Part shown: positions 39,601-52,259 of the stretch, piece by piece | Position numbering within the stretch: position 1 is the stretch's first letter | Layout of the letters: every line of letters starts with the position of its first letter | DNA from: Paraspadella gotoi | Taxonomy: Eukaryota > Animalia > Chaetognatha | Assembly: GCA_051294375.1 (NCBI GenBank) | Contig: CM119267.1 | Span: 4,571,885 to 4,635,884 of the forward strand | Length of the DNA: 64,000 nucleotides | Direction of reading: 5' to 3' | Translations under genes and position numbers: made by a program | The notes under the pieces: model-generated | What the model was told of the DNA's origin: nothing | Databases searched by the model: none | Seen by the model: the letters and a program-made list of their open reading frames with translations, nothing else

Positions 39601-42600
39601 CCTTAATTTTTTTCACAAACATTTTTGGATTTTCGGTTCTCGTATATTTTAATAAAACTTTACAATAGAAAATCTTAAATAAAACTGGTTATATAGCCGT
39701 ATTTCAGATGTCTCCAATCTCAATGGAGAATGGAAAGTACTTTTTTAAATCATTAAACAGTTAATACTTCAATTGCAAATTCGATTCTTTCTCCATCAGG
39801 CATTGGATGGAGTTGATGTCGAAGACGGGAAAAGACTTCGACATGAGTCCGGAGACTTTCACGCTGGCGAATCTTTTCTCGATGGAACTTCACAATTATC
39901 AGGACACAATCGCCGAAATCGTCACTTCGGCCATGAAGGAGCTCAGCATCGAGAGGGTGAGAGAGTGAGGTGTTGTGAGAGTATTTGGTGAAGATCATCT
40001 TTTGATGGTGAGTAAAGTAGATAGTTGATTTGAAGTTAACACTAAATACTGGATTAACTGACATTTTCCTATATAGAATATTTTTGTTTTAAATAGCCAA
40101 TAGCCATATTTTATTATTTTTTTTTTTTTTAAATCGATCCTTAAATAATAGTGGCAACTTGTTTAATTGAATTTGTTGATTGAATAGGTACAATTTTTAG
40201 AAAAATCAGTCTATAAAAATATGGGCATAGTTACAAGTGGATTTAAAAAGGATTCAAAAAATAACTTTTTCTCTCCTCGCTTTCCGCTCCTTACCATCTC
40301 TCCCTCTCTCTGCCTCTTCTCACCGCCAGGGTGTGAAAGAGATCCAAGAAACTTGGGACAACATTAAATTCAACGTGCAGCGCTACATGAAGGGAACTTC
40401 GGAGCGAGGCTACATCCTCGGCTCCGTCGACGAGGTGCTGCAGATCCTCGACGACAACGCCATGAACATGCAGAGCATGTCCGCCTCCAGGTCTGAAGGA
40501 ATAGTGAGCGGGGAGAGATAGTGTTCTATTCGACACGTCGCGAGCGAGAGGAGAAATAAAAAGTTGACGTCGCGATTACCAAAGTCGCTATAGTGATTTG
40601 TCGTCGAATCCGTTGAAAGCTTCGTGAATTTTTTTTTAGAGTTTATTATTATGTGTCGAACATATTCAACTTCCTTTGCAGCCATTCATTCAATCATTTA
40701 ATGATGCGTCATTCTACATGATTTTTAAATAATACTTTCAGTTGTTTTACCATTTATTCGATTCATTCATTACGTACCTAGATATTTGATTCATTTATGA
40801 CGTCATATACTCATTCCTCAATCATTGATTCCTTCGTTCCTCTATTCATCCCTTCCCATCCAGATTCATCGGCCCCTTTCTCAACACGGTCCAAAACTGG
40901 GAGAAGTCTCTCTCCCTGATCGCTGAGGTCATCGAAGTCTGGATGGTTGTCCAGCGGAAGTGGATGTACTTGGAGAGCATCTTCGTCGGCGGAGACATCA
41001 GGTCGCAGTTGCCGGAGGAGGCCAAGAAGTTCGACACCATCGACAAGACATTTAAAAAGGTCGGAGGGTTCAAGTGGCGGCGTCAAAAAATGTAACAAAA
41101 TTTAAAATATAATCTTAGGCTACTTTCGGTCGTTGTAAGTTATTGACCTTTGGAGCACAAACATTCCCCGATCTTCATTCGACCTTCACCTGATGCTAAT
41201 AATAGCCTAAGAGGAAGGTCGACCCAGTCATAATCAAACGAATAAAGAGTATTACTTATTGTTGCTGCATAACGGCTGCACGCTTATCGTTAACCATTTA
41301 CGAAAAGCAAACTGAAATAAAATAATTTTTTTTAAAAAAAAATTGTCAATGCGTTATTCAAAATTTACCGCCAACGTCCACTCTCTCGTCCACTCTCTCT
41401 CCAGATCATGGCGGAGACCTACAAGCGGCCCAACATCAAGGAGGCGTGCCACGTGCCCAATCGACTCTCCGACCTCGAGAATCTCTCCGCAGGACTGGAG
41501 AAGTGTCAGAAATCCCTCAACGACTACCTCGACTCCAAGAGGAACTCCTTCCCGCGATTCTTCTTCGTCTCGGACGACGAGCTGCTCAGCATCTTGGGAT
41601 CGGCGGACCCCACCTGCGTGCAGGAGCACATGATCAAGGTGGTTGTTGTTGACTTGTTGTCATGTCACTTAATTATAAATCGATTGCGTACTCAGAAATC
41701 AGAATATTTCTCGCCCTCCCCTTAATCCACACAGATGTACGACAACATCTCAACCCTCAAGTTTCAAAAGGGCGCGAACAACGAGATGCTCGCGATGGCG
41801 ATGAATTCCACTGAGGGAGAAATCATGGACTTTCGTCAGTCGGTCACGGCCGAGGGTCGCGTCGAGGAGTGGATGACGGCCGTCTTGATGGAGATGCGGA
41901 GGACGAACAGGTGCCGAGGAGATTCCGATACCTATCTCTCTCTTTCTCTCTATCTCTGTTCCAACGAATTCACTCTCGAATGGCGCCCTTTTTAAATTTA
42001 ATGCCTTGAATAAACATAAACATAGTCAATGTCTCTTTAACAGGCTCATCACTAAGGAGGCCGTCTTTTATTACACCCACGAGAAAACCAGGTGAGAAAT
42101 GGCGAGTGTAGAAGAGAAAATTTATTTATTATATATATATATGATAATGATATATTAATTTAGTTGATTAAATGAATAAATCAGCTAATTCATTTATTAG
42201 ATATTTTTAAAACCAGATTGTATTCGGTTTTTGCCATCAGTTTTGAGCCGCTTTATTCCCATCATGGACATATAGCATCAAATTTATAAAGACTAGAACT
42301 TCAGGTCCTTAGATTTTATGATATATCTTTCTTTGAAAATTTATCATGTGCTCTGAATTTCATTTGCATAATGCAGTAACGTTAAGTAATTACTTTTTTA
42401 GCGCATCTCCTTTTTTTATTTTAAATTTTTTTTTAATATTGATTATTAGTTATAAAAGTTTAATGTAGAAAAAACTTAATTTGTGTTTTTCAACGAAACG
42501 AAGTTTAAATAGGAATTTCTTGATTGTCAGAGTGGCGTAATTAGTGAGAGATTAAAATTTCAATTATAGAGAACGAAAAAAGACATTTCAGAAAATGGCA

Positions 42601-45600
42601 GCTGGACTTTAAGGTTTCTAGTCTTTACCTCTAATAAAATTTAACAGTCTTCACACTGCCTGTACCAGATATTGTAAAATTTCAGTCCCTTTTGCCAGTA
42701 AACGATCATTTGGCATATAGCATGCTATTTGGCATATTCATTTGAAAAAAATTGAAGTTTTTCTGATCAAGAGAATTGGACAAAGTATGAAAAGTGAGGC
42801 AATATGAATCTGATTAACTATGCTATTTGCTTATTTTATTATTTGTTTCTTTGTTAACAAGCAAGTTAATTCCAATTACAATTGTTTGAGACCGGGAACG
42901 GATTGCTAGCATTTATACAATAAAGCCAAAGTATTTGGTTATTACCGATTTTTCTCTGAGATGTTTGTGTAGTTCTGTTGAAGCAACTTTACAAGTGCAA
43001 GACACTATGGTTCCACTTGGTTGGTTGGTCTGTTTGAAAATTACTACTACGAAACACCTTTTTTTTACAGGACTTGACCGGTGATACGGCTTGTTGCCCA
43101 TGATTCGAAGTATACAATACTAAAATCTGGTTGAACAGGCTTCATTGCTTTCAGAGAGAGATCATTTGAAAGATTTTCCTCTTCTGACCCTTATATCTCA
43201 AAAAGTTGACCACTAGAAAATTTTTAATTGGTGCATCTTGTAGCCCAGGAAAAAGCGAATTAATGACCATCGGGACAAAACTGCCAATTTCTCAAATTTG
43301 ATCGTAATGTTTTTTAAATCAATGGATCCGTCTCCCCTTAAGTGAATACAAAAGTATCATTTTTTTGTCTTTTTTTGTTCTTATCTGTCTAAAGAATTTT
43401 TTATAGGCTCTAATAATAATCATTTCTCTCTACTCTCGTAACAGTTTTGCCGTAAATTAGTTAAAAGATAATATGCCATAATATTTAGCACAGTAAAAAA
43501 AATCTAGTTATTATAGCATAATTTTAGGGCGCTATAAAGCACATTTTTTTTCCTGCAGTTTTAACCAGAGATCTTAAAGGACGTTTTGAATTTGTTGATC
43601 GCCACTTAATTAGTTAATAATAAAATTAACTCTGCCAGCTTCCCAACTTATCAAATTAGCGATTTCGCAAAAAAGCCACCCTGTTCATTAAATCATAATG
43701 TTACTGTGTAATAAAGTTTGACTTCAGAATGCAAACTGAGCTCGACTTTACACTAAACCGTTTCCAGATTCGCCTGGATACACGAGTATCAGGGCATGGT
43801 GGTGCTGGCAGGGAATCAAGTCTGGTGGACATGGGAAGTCGAGGACGTTTTCAAGAAAGTCAAAAAGGGCGGAGACAACAAACTCGCCATGAAGCGCTAC
43901 GCCAAGAAGCTGCACGGACAGGTTCGGTGGCGCTACTGGCGCAAGTGAAGGTTTATGAGTGTTTATGAGTGAGAAAGAATTCTATTTGTATTAATTATTT
44001 ATTAATTATTAATTAATACTCTGATAGTAGCGACTTGATACTACCATTCGTCATTTGAGTTGAATTGCCTCAGTTCTATCCTAAAAAAAATACGACAACT
44101 ACAATATTACTCTGATATTACGTCGCCTAAAAATAACAAATTTCATTTCCGAGAAATGAGAGAGAGGGAGACGATCCTCGAACTTCTCCTTTTCAGATCC
44201 AAGAGTTGGTGGAGGGAGTGAGGAATCCCCGGATGAAGGCCATCGACCGGATGAAGATCAACACCGTGCTCATCGTCGACGTTCACTCCAAAGACATCAT
44301 CGACGGTTTCGTCAGAGACAGGTGGAAGGGGGGAGTCGGGGGGAGCGGGGGACGGTGACCGGTGCCGGACAGATGCATTGAATGTAAAAAAAATGTTTTT
44401 AATAATCATTTCAATATTTGGACTGCGAGGTGACAGGATAAAAGTTTCTCATTAAAAAAAAAGCAGGGTTTCGGACTCTGCTCATATATAATTTTTCGGT
44501 CTGTCTGCTGTCTGTCGGTCCGTTCAAATACGTATAATCATGCCGTACAGAATCTAAATCTTGGCAGACAGGTTCCGCTTCAAGAGACTTTTTTTTTGTG
44601 CCAATGTTTTATTCGCGTGTAGTCACGTGACCACTGATTTACACTTACAAAAATTAATTTAATTCGGCTTCACAACTTGACCTTATTATTGACGTTTTCT
44701 TGCTCGGTTTCTCCACTCTCTCTCACACCATCTCCCTTCACCTCCCCTCCACCCCCCCCCAGCATCATGGACGCTCGAGAGTTCGACTGGGAGAGTCAAC
44801 TCCGATTCTATTGGACAGGATTCCGACGAGCTTTTGGTCAGACAGTGCACCGGCACTTTTATTACGGCTACGAATACATGGGGCTGAACGGGCGGTTGGT
44901 CATTACGCCGCTGACGGACAGGTTGGGGCTGAGTCTGGAAGATTGGTCGGCGCAAAGAGTGCGAAAGTTTGTTTTGTTTTGTTTGTTTGTTTGTTTTTTG
45001 TTTAGTTTGTTGTTTATAATTATCATCGCGTATCGTCTTCAATATATACCATCACGTACCATATATCATTAATCATTATCATTAATCTTAATCATCATAT
45101 CATCGTCGTCGTCGTCCATCATCCCTTTCTCTCCCACCCTCCCCTCCCAGAATTTACTTGACCCTGACCCAAGCGATGTCCATGTACCTGGGCGCGCCCC
45201 CGCCGGCCCCGCTGGCACCGGAAAGACGGAAACCACGAAAGACTGGCCAAAGCCTTGGGCCTCCTTTGCGTCGTAACCAACTGCGGGAGGGGATGGATTT
45301 TAAGGTTGGGGAGAGGGGGGTAGAAAGAAAGAAAGAAAGAAAGTCAGACTGTGCGCGTATTTAGAATGAACCAGGATGAACCAGAATGAACCAGTAAAGT
45401 AGAGCAAAGACAACATGGCAACAGCCGGGTTGCCTTTGATGGCATTTGGATGGGGCATTTCACTGTTGCTTTTAGATTTGGCTTTGACCCTCTTTGGCGC
45501 CCCGCCACTGGCGCGGTTTCCCAAGGACGGTCTCGATTGCCAACAATGAGGGAAGTCGTAAGGACTGTAGATAGAACGTAACGGTTGGATGGTGCGTTTC

Positions 45601-47294
45601 CCCTCAGAGCCAAAGAAGACCCTCTGAATATTAATGGCGTAGTGAAAGTTACATACGAAATTCTAAAAGTCAATTATGAACAACATACCATCAGTGAACA
45701 TTAATTTGTAAAAAAATTATTTTATGTTTTTTTAATTTTCGCAGTAGGCTATATTTATATATAGTACTATCCTTATAAAATTAAAAATTTTCAAAATAGG
45801 CTTTTCTTAATTTTGATTGCAGATTTGAATTCCTCGTCAAAATGTGATAAAAGAAAAATATAAATCATTTAAAAAAATTCTTTCATTAAGTGAATTAAAA
45901 ATTAAAAAACTATTTATTATATAAAAAGTTAATTTTCAGCTTAAAATATAGCTTTTTCTCATTTTTGACCCACTTAATGAAGGAATTTTTCAAAAAAGAG
46001 TTATATTTCTTTTTATCAACTTTTTATGACGAATCCGAATCTGCAAAAAAATCTTTAAAAAAACTGTTTTGAAATTTTAACATTTATTGGTTTAGTACTA
46101 GTATAAATATGGCCTACTGCGTAAATTGTAAAATTTATTATAAATTTTTTATTACATAAATGTTCATTAGTATAATGTTGTTCGTTCCTGCCTTTTTAGA
46201 ATTTAATTAAAGTTAAATTTAGAAATTTTACTGCGCCTTACTGAATATACCTCCGCAACGAAATCAAGTCGAATCAAATGGTCCCATAAATCAGTCAATC
46301 GATCGATCAATCTTCCAATCTCCCCTCTTCTCAGTCGGTGGGCAAGAACTTCTCCGGCCTCTGCCAGTGCGGGGCGTGGGGATGTTTCGACGAGTTCAAC
46401 CGAATCGACGCTTCGGTTCTTTCCGTCATCTCAGCTCAGCTCAAGACGATTCAACACGCCCTCTCCATGAAGCTCAAGAGATTTCAGGTCGAACCTGGGA
46501 CGGGGAGGCGAATTGGGGAATATAATTTGAAAACTGGAACAATGACAAACGTTTACAACAACTTTGAATTTAAAATTGGAAATAAATTTTTGAATTTTGC
46601 GTTTATTTTTGCGTAGGTAGTACCGAACGTATGTTTAAAGCGAACATTTTTGCTGTTCAGCTAAATTTCAAAAAATTGTAATCGGTATGGTTATCGTACC
46701 GGCTTCATTCATTTATCTATTCAGTCATTCATTTATTAAATACTTTATTCATTCATTCATTCATTCATTCATTCATCTATTCATTCATTCATTCATTCAT
46801 TAATTATTTACCATAAATTCATAATAGTATAATTTTCAAAGTCAACCCTTGCAACAACTTCAAAGTTTTGCAATAACAAAACCGAAATCCATCCCCGTTT
46901 CATATTGTCACGGACCCCCCCCCCACCCATTACCCCCCCCTCCTGTCACCCTCATCGCAGTTCGAAGGTCAAGAGATCGCACTTGACGGTCGCGTCGGAA
47001 TCGTGGTGACGATGAACCCTGGCTACGCCGGACGAACCGAGTTGCCGGAAAGCGTGAAGGCTCTCTTCCGGCCCGTCGTCTGCATCGTGCCCGACATGGA
47101 GCAGATCTGCGAGATCATGCTCTTTTCCGAAGGATTCGGGTTGGCCAAGGTACAGAGAAGCGGATAAAGGGAAAAGGAGCGGACAAAGGGCAGAGGAGCG
47201 GAATGGCGGAGCGAAATGTAGAAACTTTTGAACAAAGCTTAACTCAATTATCATCGTCGTTTAAAACTATTTCCTTCAGTCAGTCAGTCTCTTT

Positions 47295-47356
<62 letters not shown>

Positions 47357-50300
47357 CTCTTCCTCTCTTCTCTCTTCTCTCTCTCTCTCTCCTTCAGATT
47401 TTGGCGAAGAAGATGACGGTGCTGTACAAACTGGCCCGCGAACAGCTCTCCAAACAGCACCACTACGACTTCGGTCTCCGCGCCCTCAAGTCCGTCCTGG
47501 TGATGGCGGGAAACTTAAAACGGGGCGCGCCCGACCTTACCGAGGACATGGTCCTCATGCGCGCGTTGAGGGACATGAACTTACCAAAGTTTGTCTTCGA
47601 GGACGTTCCGCTCTTTTTGGGATTGATCACGGTGAGTCAAGAGGGCAGCCAAGTTTCTTATTGGATTTTTTAAAGAATATTAGTAAAAATACCGTTTATT
47701 GTTATACTCAAAAATGTAATTTGTACGTTTATTTATACAATGTAAATTTTTAAATGAAATTGGTACAACCAATATAAAAATTATCCATTCATTTAATAAG
47801 TAAGCTTTCTTGTCCCTGACTTTGGACAGGCTTTGGTGGTTTAATGCCTCCATCACTTTTACAAGATAATGACATAGCAGGTCTCTGCGAGCTTTCAATC
47901 AAGACTGGTATAATATTTCAAATAATGATCAATTGTTATTTCAATTCTCAATTATTAATGAAAGAAGAAGGTTAAACTTTTAGTTTTACATCAATTTTAT
48001 CCATTCATAAGCATGGCAAAGAAAAGAAACGAGAATGTAGCAGCGGATGGTTTCGATCCATCGACCTCTGGGTTATGGGCCCAGCACGCTCCCACTGCGC
48101 CACGCTGCTCTTCGAGATTTCTTTCGGCTCACGACATTCGGTATCTTTCTCGATTCTTCACTCTTTCAGGATCTCTTCCCCGGGCTGGATTGCCCTCGCG
48201 TCCGATATCCAAACTTCAACGACGCCGTCGAGGGAAGCCTTCTCGAACAAGGGATGATCCTAATCGGACATCAAGTTGACAAAGTCGTCCAACTGTAAGT
48301 TCTCTAACGGGGGGAAATGGTTTAAATGGTTTAAATGGTTTAAACTACTACAATATGTAAATGAGATTGAAGAACTCAATCTCATTTGAAATGAACCACA
48401 AATTATTCTGCTACAGTTCGATTTCCCAATGAATATTTTAAGACGTAATATGTCCTTTTTACATAGAGTTGGATTTCTTTGTTCTTAAAAGTTTTTGATT
48501 TAAATATTATGCGGCCCTTTTCTTTTAAGTGTATTTTTTTTTCTAGATTTATTTTTTTTAAAAATTTAAATTTAACTAAAATTTGAATTCAAAATTTTAA
48601 ATTTATTTTCTCATTCCATGGCAGTTACGAAACGATGATGACGCGTCACACGACGATGTGCGTTGGTCCGACGGGCGGTGGAAAATCCGTCGTCATTCAC
48701 GCCCTCTGTCAGTCGCAGGTTAGTGGGACACGTTTCGAAAAAAACAAATGACATAGTAAAAGCGATAAAAAAATGGACGAAGGTTGAAATAGAATGAATC
48801 GAATAGAATGAAAGTGGGATAAAAATAAAGATGATTTTAGAAAATAAATACAAAAATTATAAAAAACTGCTTTCTGTATAAAAATCTATAAATTAATCTA
48901 TAATATTAGAGCAGTTCTTAACATTTCTCAAGATAATTAACATTAAACAATTCGACATTTTTTCCTTTAAAAGACAAAACTGGGGCTAACGACGAAACTC
49001 TACACCATAAACCCGAAGGCCATGTCAGTCGTCGAACTCTACGGGATTTTGGATCCCAACACTCGCGATTGGACAGACGGACTCTTGTCCAACATCTTTC
49101 GAGACATAAACAAACCCACTGGTAAGGAATAAGGCATATGGAGATCATGTCATGCTTTGTCAATCTACGATTTCTCGATCAGTTAAAATGTAAACAAGAA
49201 GACAAAGAGAGAAAATGTAAGTTTACGAGCAAGTTTAATCGAGTCATGTTTTTGAGCCTCAACTTTTGATTCATAAAAATTGATTGTCACATCTTTTTTT
49301 TCTGCTTTAACATAACGATTGATACAAATTATCTTAAAGAGCGCAAAGAGAAAAAGTACATTCTGTTTGACGGAGACGTTGACGCCCTCTGGGTGGAGAA
49401 CATGAACTCGGTCATGGACGACAACAAACTCTTGACTCTCGCCAACGGAGAGAGAATCAGACTACAGGCCCACGCGGCGCTATTGTTCGAGGTAAGTTCG
49501 AAGACTTAGTAGGGTGTGGGGAAAGCCGTGGAAACCTGGTGGTACGGATAAAGGTCTCCTCGCCTAACGCTCTTGTTCTTTGAAGATTAATTATTATTAT
49601 TTTTATTAGATTAATCTTCAACAACAAGAGCGTTACATACGCGGAAACCTTCATCCTAACCAGTAGCTTTCGAAGTCCATTTTAAACAAAAATATGCCTG
49701 CATAATGTAGGATCAAAAAACAGGCCTAATAAATCATTAAGAATCAACCCATTGACCGCATGGTTTTTCGCATGCTTTTTACATGTCTAATTGCCTATTG
49801 CATGCGTTTTTTGTTTTTTTGCGCCTGAATTATGTACTGTCCCCCAATTCTTTTTTTTAAAAATCCGTCATTTAGGTGGCCGATTTGCAGTACGCATCAC
49901 CGGCGACCGTTTCGCGATGCGGCATGGTTTTCGTCGACCCTAAAAATCTGGGTAAGTCGCTCTTCTGTTTGATAGACAGACTTTGTCCTTGGTAAAATAG
50001 TCAAAGAAAGCCTACCTCATCCCCCGATTTGCTTATTATAAATTTGAAGAGTTCAAAAAACGCCATGCCTCATCCGATGCTCGCTTAAAAACGCAGGTTA
50101 TCAGCCGTACTGGAAGCGGTGGTTGAACGGACGCACCAACAAGCAAGAATTCGCGGCTCTGTCCAGTCTCTACGTCAAGTACATCGATCACCTCATCAAA
50201 TACATTCACGAGGGAATCCTGGAGGGCAAGCAAGTCGCCAAGCTGAAGACGATCTGTCCCATCACAGATCTCAACATGGTTGTAACTTGTAACAAATAAA

Positions 50301-52220
50301 GTCGGTTGGAGATTTTACTTTAAATGTTAATTGTTAGAATCAAATTATCCAATGAAAATTTTGAATTTTATTTTCATTGTATTTTGATTTTCTTTTTGCT
50401 GTTTGAAATAGTTTAGAGGTAATAACGAAAAATCCGTTGTAACAGCAATTTAGTTTTTATTATTATAATGGACATGTTTCGACTCTTATTACGAGTCTTC
50501 ATCAGCATCATTTTACTGATTTTTCGTTATTACCTCTAAATTTTATTTTTTCAAAGAAGAAAACGAACATGTTTCGATTAATTTGTGAGCCTTCATCATC
50601 GCAAAATTTGATTCCAATCTCAAACGCAACGAAAAGAAAAAGTCCCAAACAATAATGTTAATTGTTGTAAATTTTCTTTGCAGATGGTGCAGTTTTGCAA
50701 TATGCTGGACGCCCTTCTCACCAAAGAAACGACAGAGACGGAGATTCTCGAGTGCTACGTACTGCAAGGTCAGTTGGACTTTTATCTTTTGCTCGCTTTT
50801 ATGTCTCGTACGTATTTTAGGCGGGTTTAATGTCGAATATTGATCTATTTACATTTTGAAATCTCTCTCTTCTTCAGCATTGTACTGGTCGATCGGAGCG
50901 ACGCTGATCGAAGATTCCAGAATCAAATTCGACAATTATGCCAAGCGTTTGGCGTCGATGCCCACAATTCCGGACGACAGCATGCTCGCCGGGCCTGGTG
51001 AGGGGCCAGAGAGAGACATCAGAGAAATTTGTGAAATTGTATGCGTTATGAATGAAAAAATAGCCAAGGGCCTGTTGACAAAAAAAAAAAAAGCAAAGAT
51101 GTTTGGCTGATGAAAGTTTTCATTGACTTAAAAATAAATTCTACTTTCCTACTCTTTTCTTTCACAAAGGTGAGTTACCTTCTGGTTCACACACACTCTA
51201 TGGCTTTTTGTTCGATGACGTTGAGAAGAAAAAATGGGTCCCTTGGCATCACGAAGACCTCGTTCCGAGGTAAGTATATAAGATTATATATTATTAGAAG
51301 GTCGTTTCATATTTTATAAAGAAAACAAGAAGGATATACGATGCTTAATTTTGTTTTTTCCTTGAACATAAATCATCTGGGAGAGTAGAATTTGCGATTG
51401 TTTGTCTTTTGTTCGAGCCTTAGTTTTTCTTCCTAAGCATCGTTTGCATATAAGGCAGAAAAGTTATACTGTTTTCAAAACTATATTTTTTTAAGCAAAA
51501 GAATTCTCCTGAACTTTTTTTTTTGCATTACCATTGCAAAATTAGAGAGAAAAAATTTGTTTTAGCTATTATTTATAATTTTCAACCACAGTTGTGAAGT
51601 ATTTTTCTCTTTTTTGGATTTTATAAACAGAAGCATCGGTAAAACAGTCATGGTGATGGAAAATTTACCATTATTTCCATTTCCATTCGTTTTGCACTTT
51701 GACGACATCGCTTCTCGGCCTTTTGGCTAAGATCAAAGTGTAGTATCTGTTCTTATCAGCTTAATATCTGATACGGTCCGCACCGCGGGCCCAGAATATT
51801 AAACTGATTTTTGAGCATCGGAGGAGCGCTCAGTGCTTGCACGGCCTCCTCCACGGGTCGCCCCGGTATTGCAGTACCTCCGGGATTGGCCCACCACCCA
51901 TTGGGTGGAATACTTTACATATATTAAATCCAATGTCATGTAGCTAATCTATTATGTAGTAGTTCGTTTTCCCTTCTTTTCCCTAAAGATACGAACACGA
52001 CCCCGAGAAAAAGTTTCACGAAATTTTGGTGCCGACGGCGGATACTCAGCGATACCAATGGCTGCTCCGCCTGATGCTGGGCATTCGAAGGCCAATGGTG
52101 TTCGTGGGTGAAACAGGCACCGCTAAAACAGCTACAATTCAGAGCTTTTTGAGAAACATCGATACTGACGACAACGTAAGCCGAATGAGATGGATGTTAA
52201 GTTTTTTTTTACGTGGATTA

Positions 52221-52259
<39 letters not shown>

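Noticed and set aside
41110-41230. Inverted repeats (cttaggcta/tagcctaag, tcgaccttc/gaaggtcga) with a hammerhead-like GAAA on the minus strand
   Set aside because: The core reads CAGGUGA instead of CUGAUGA and helix III is unclear; not supportable as a ribozyme
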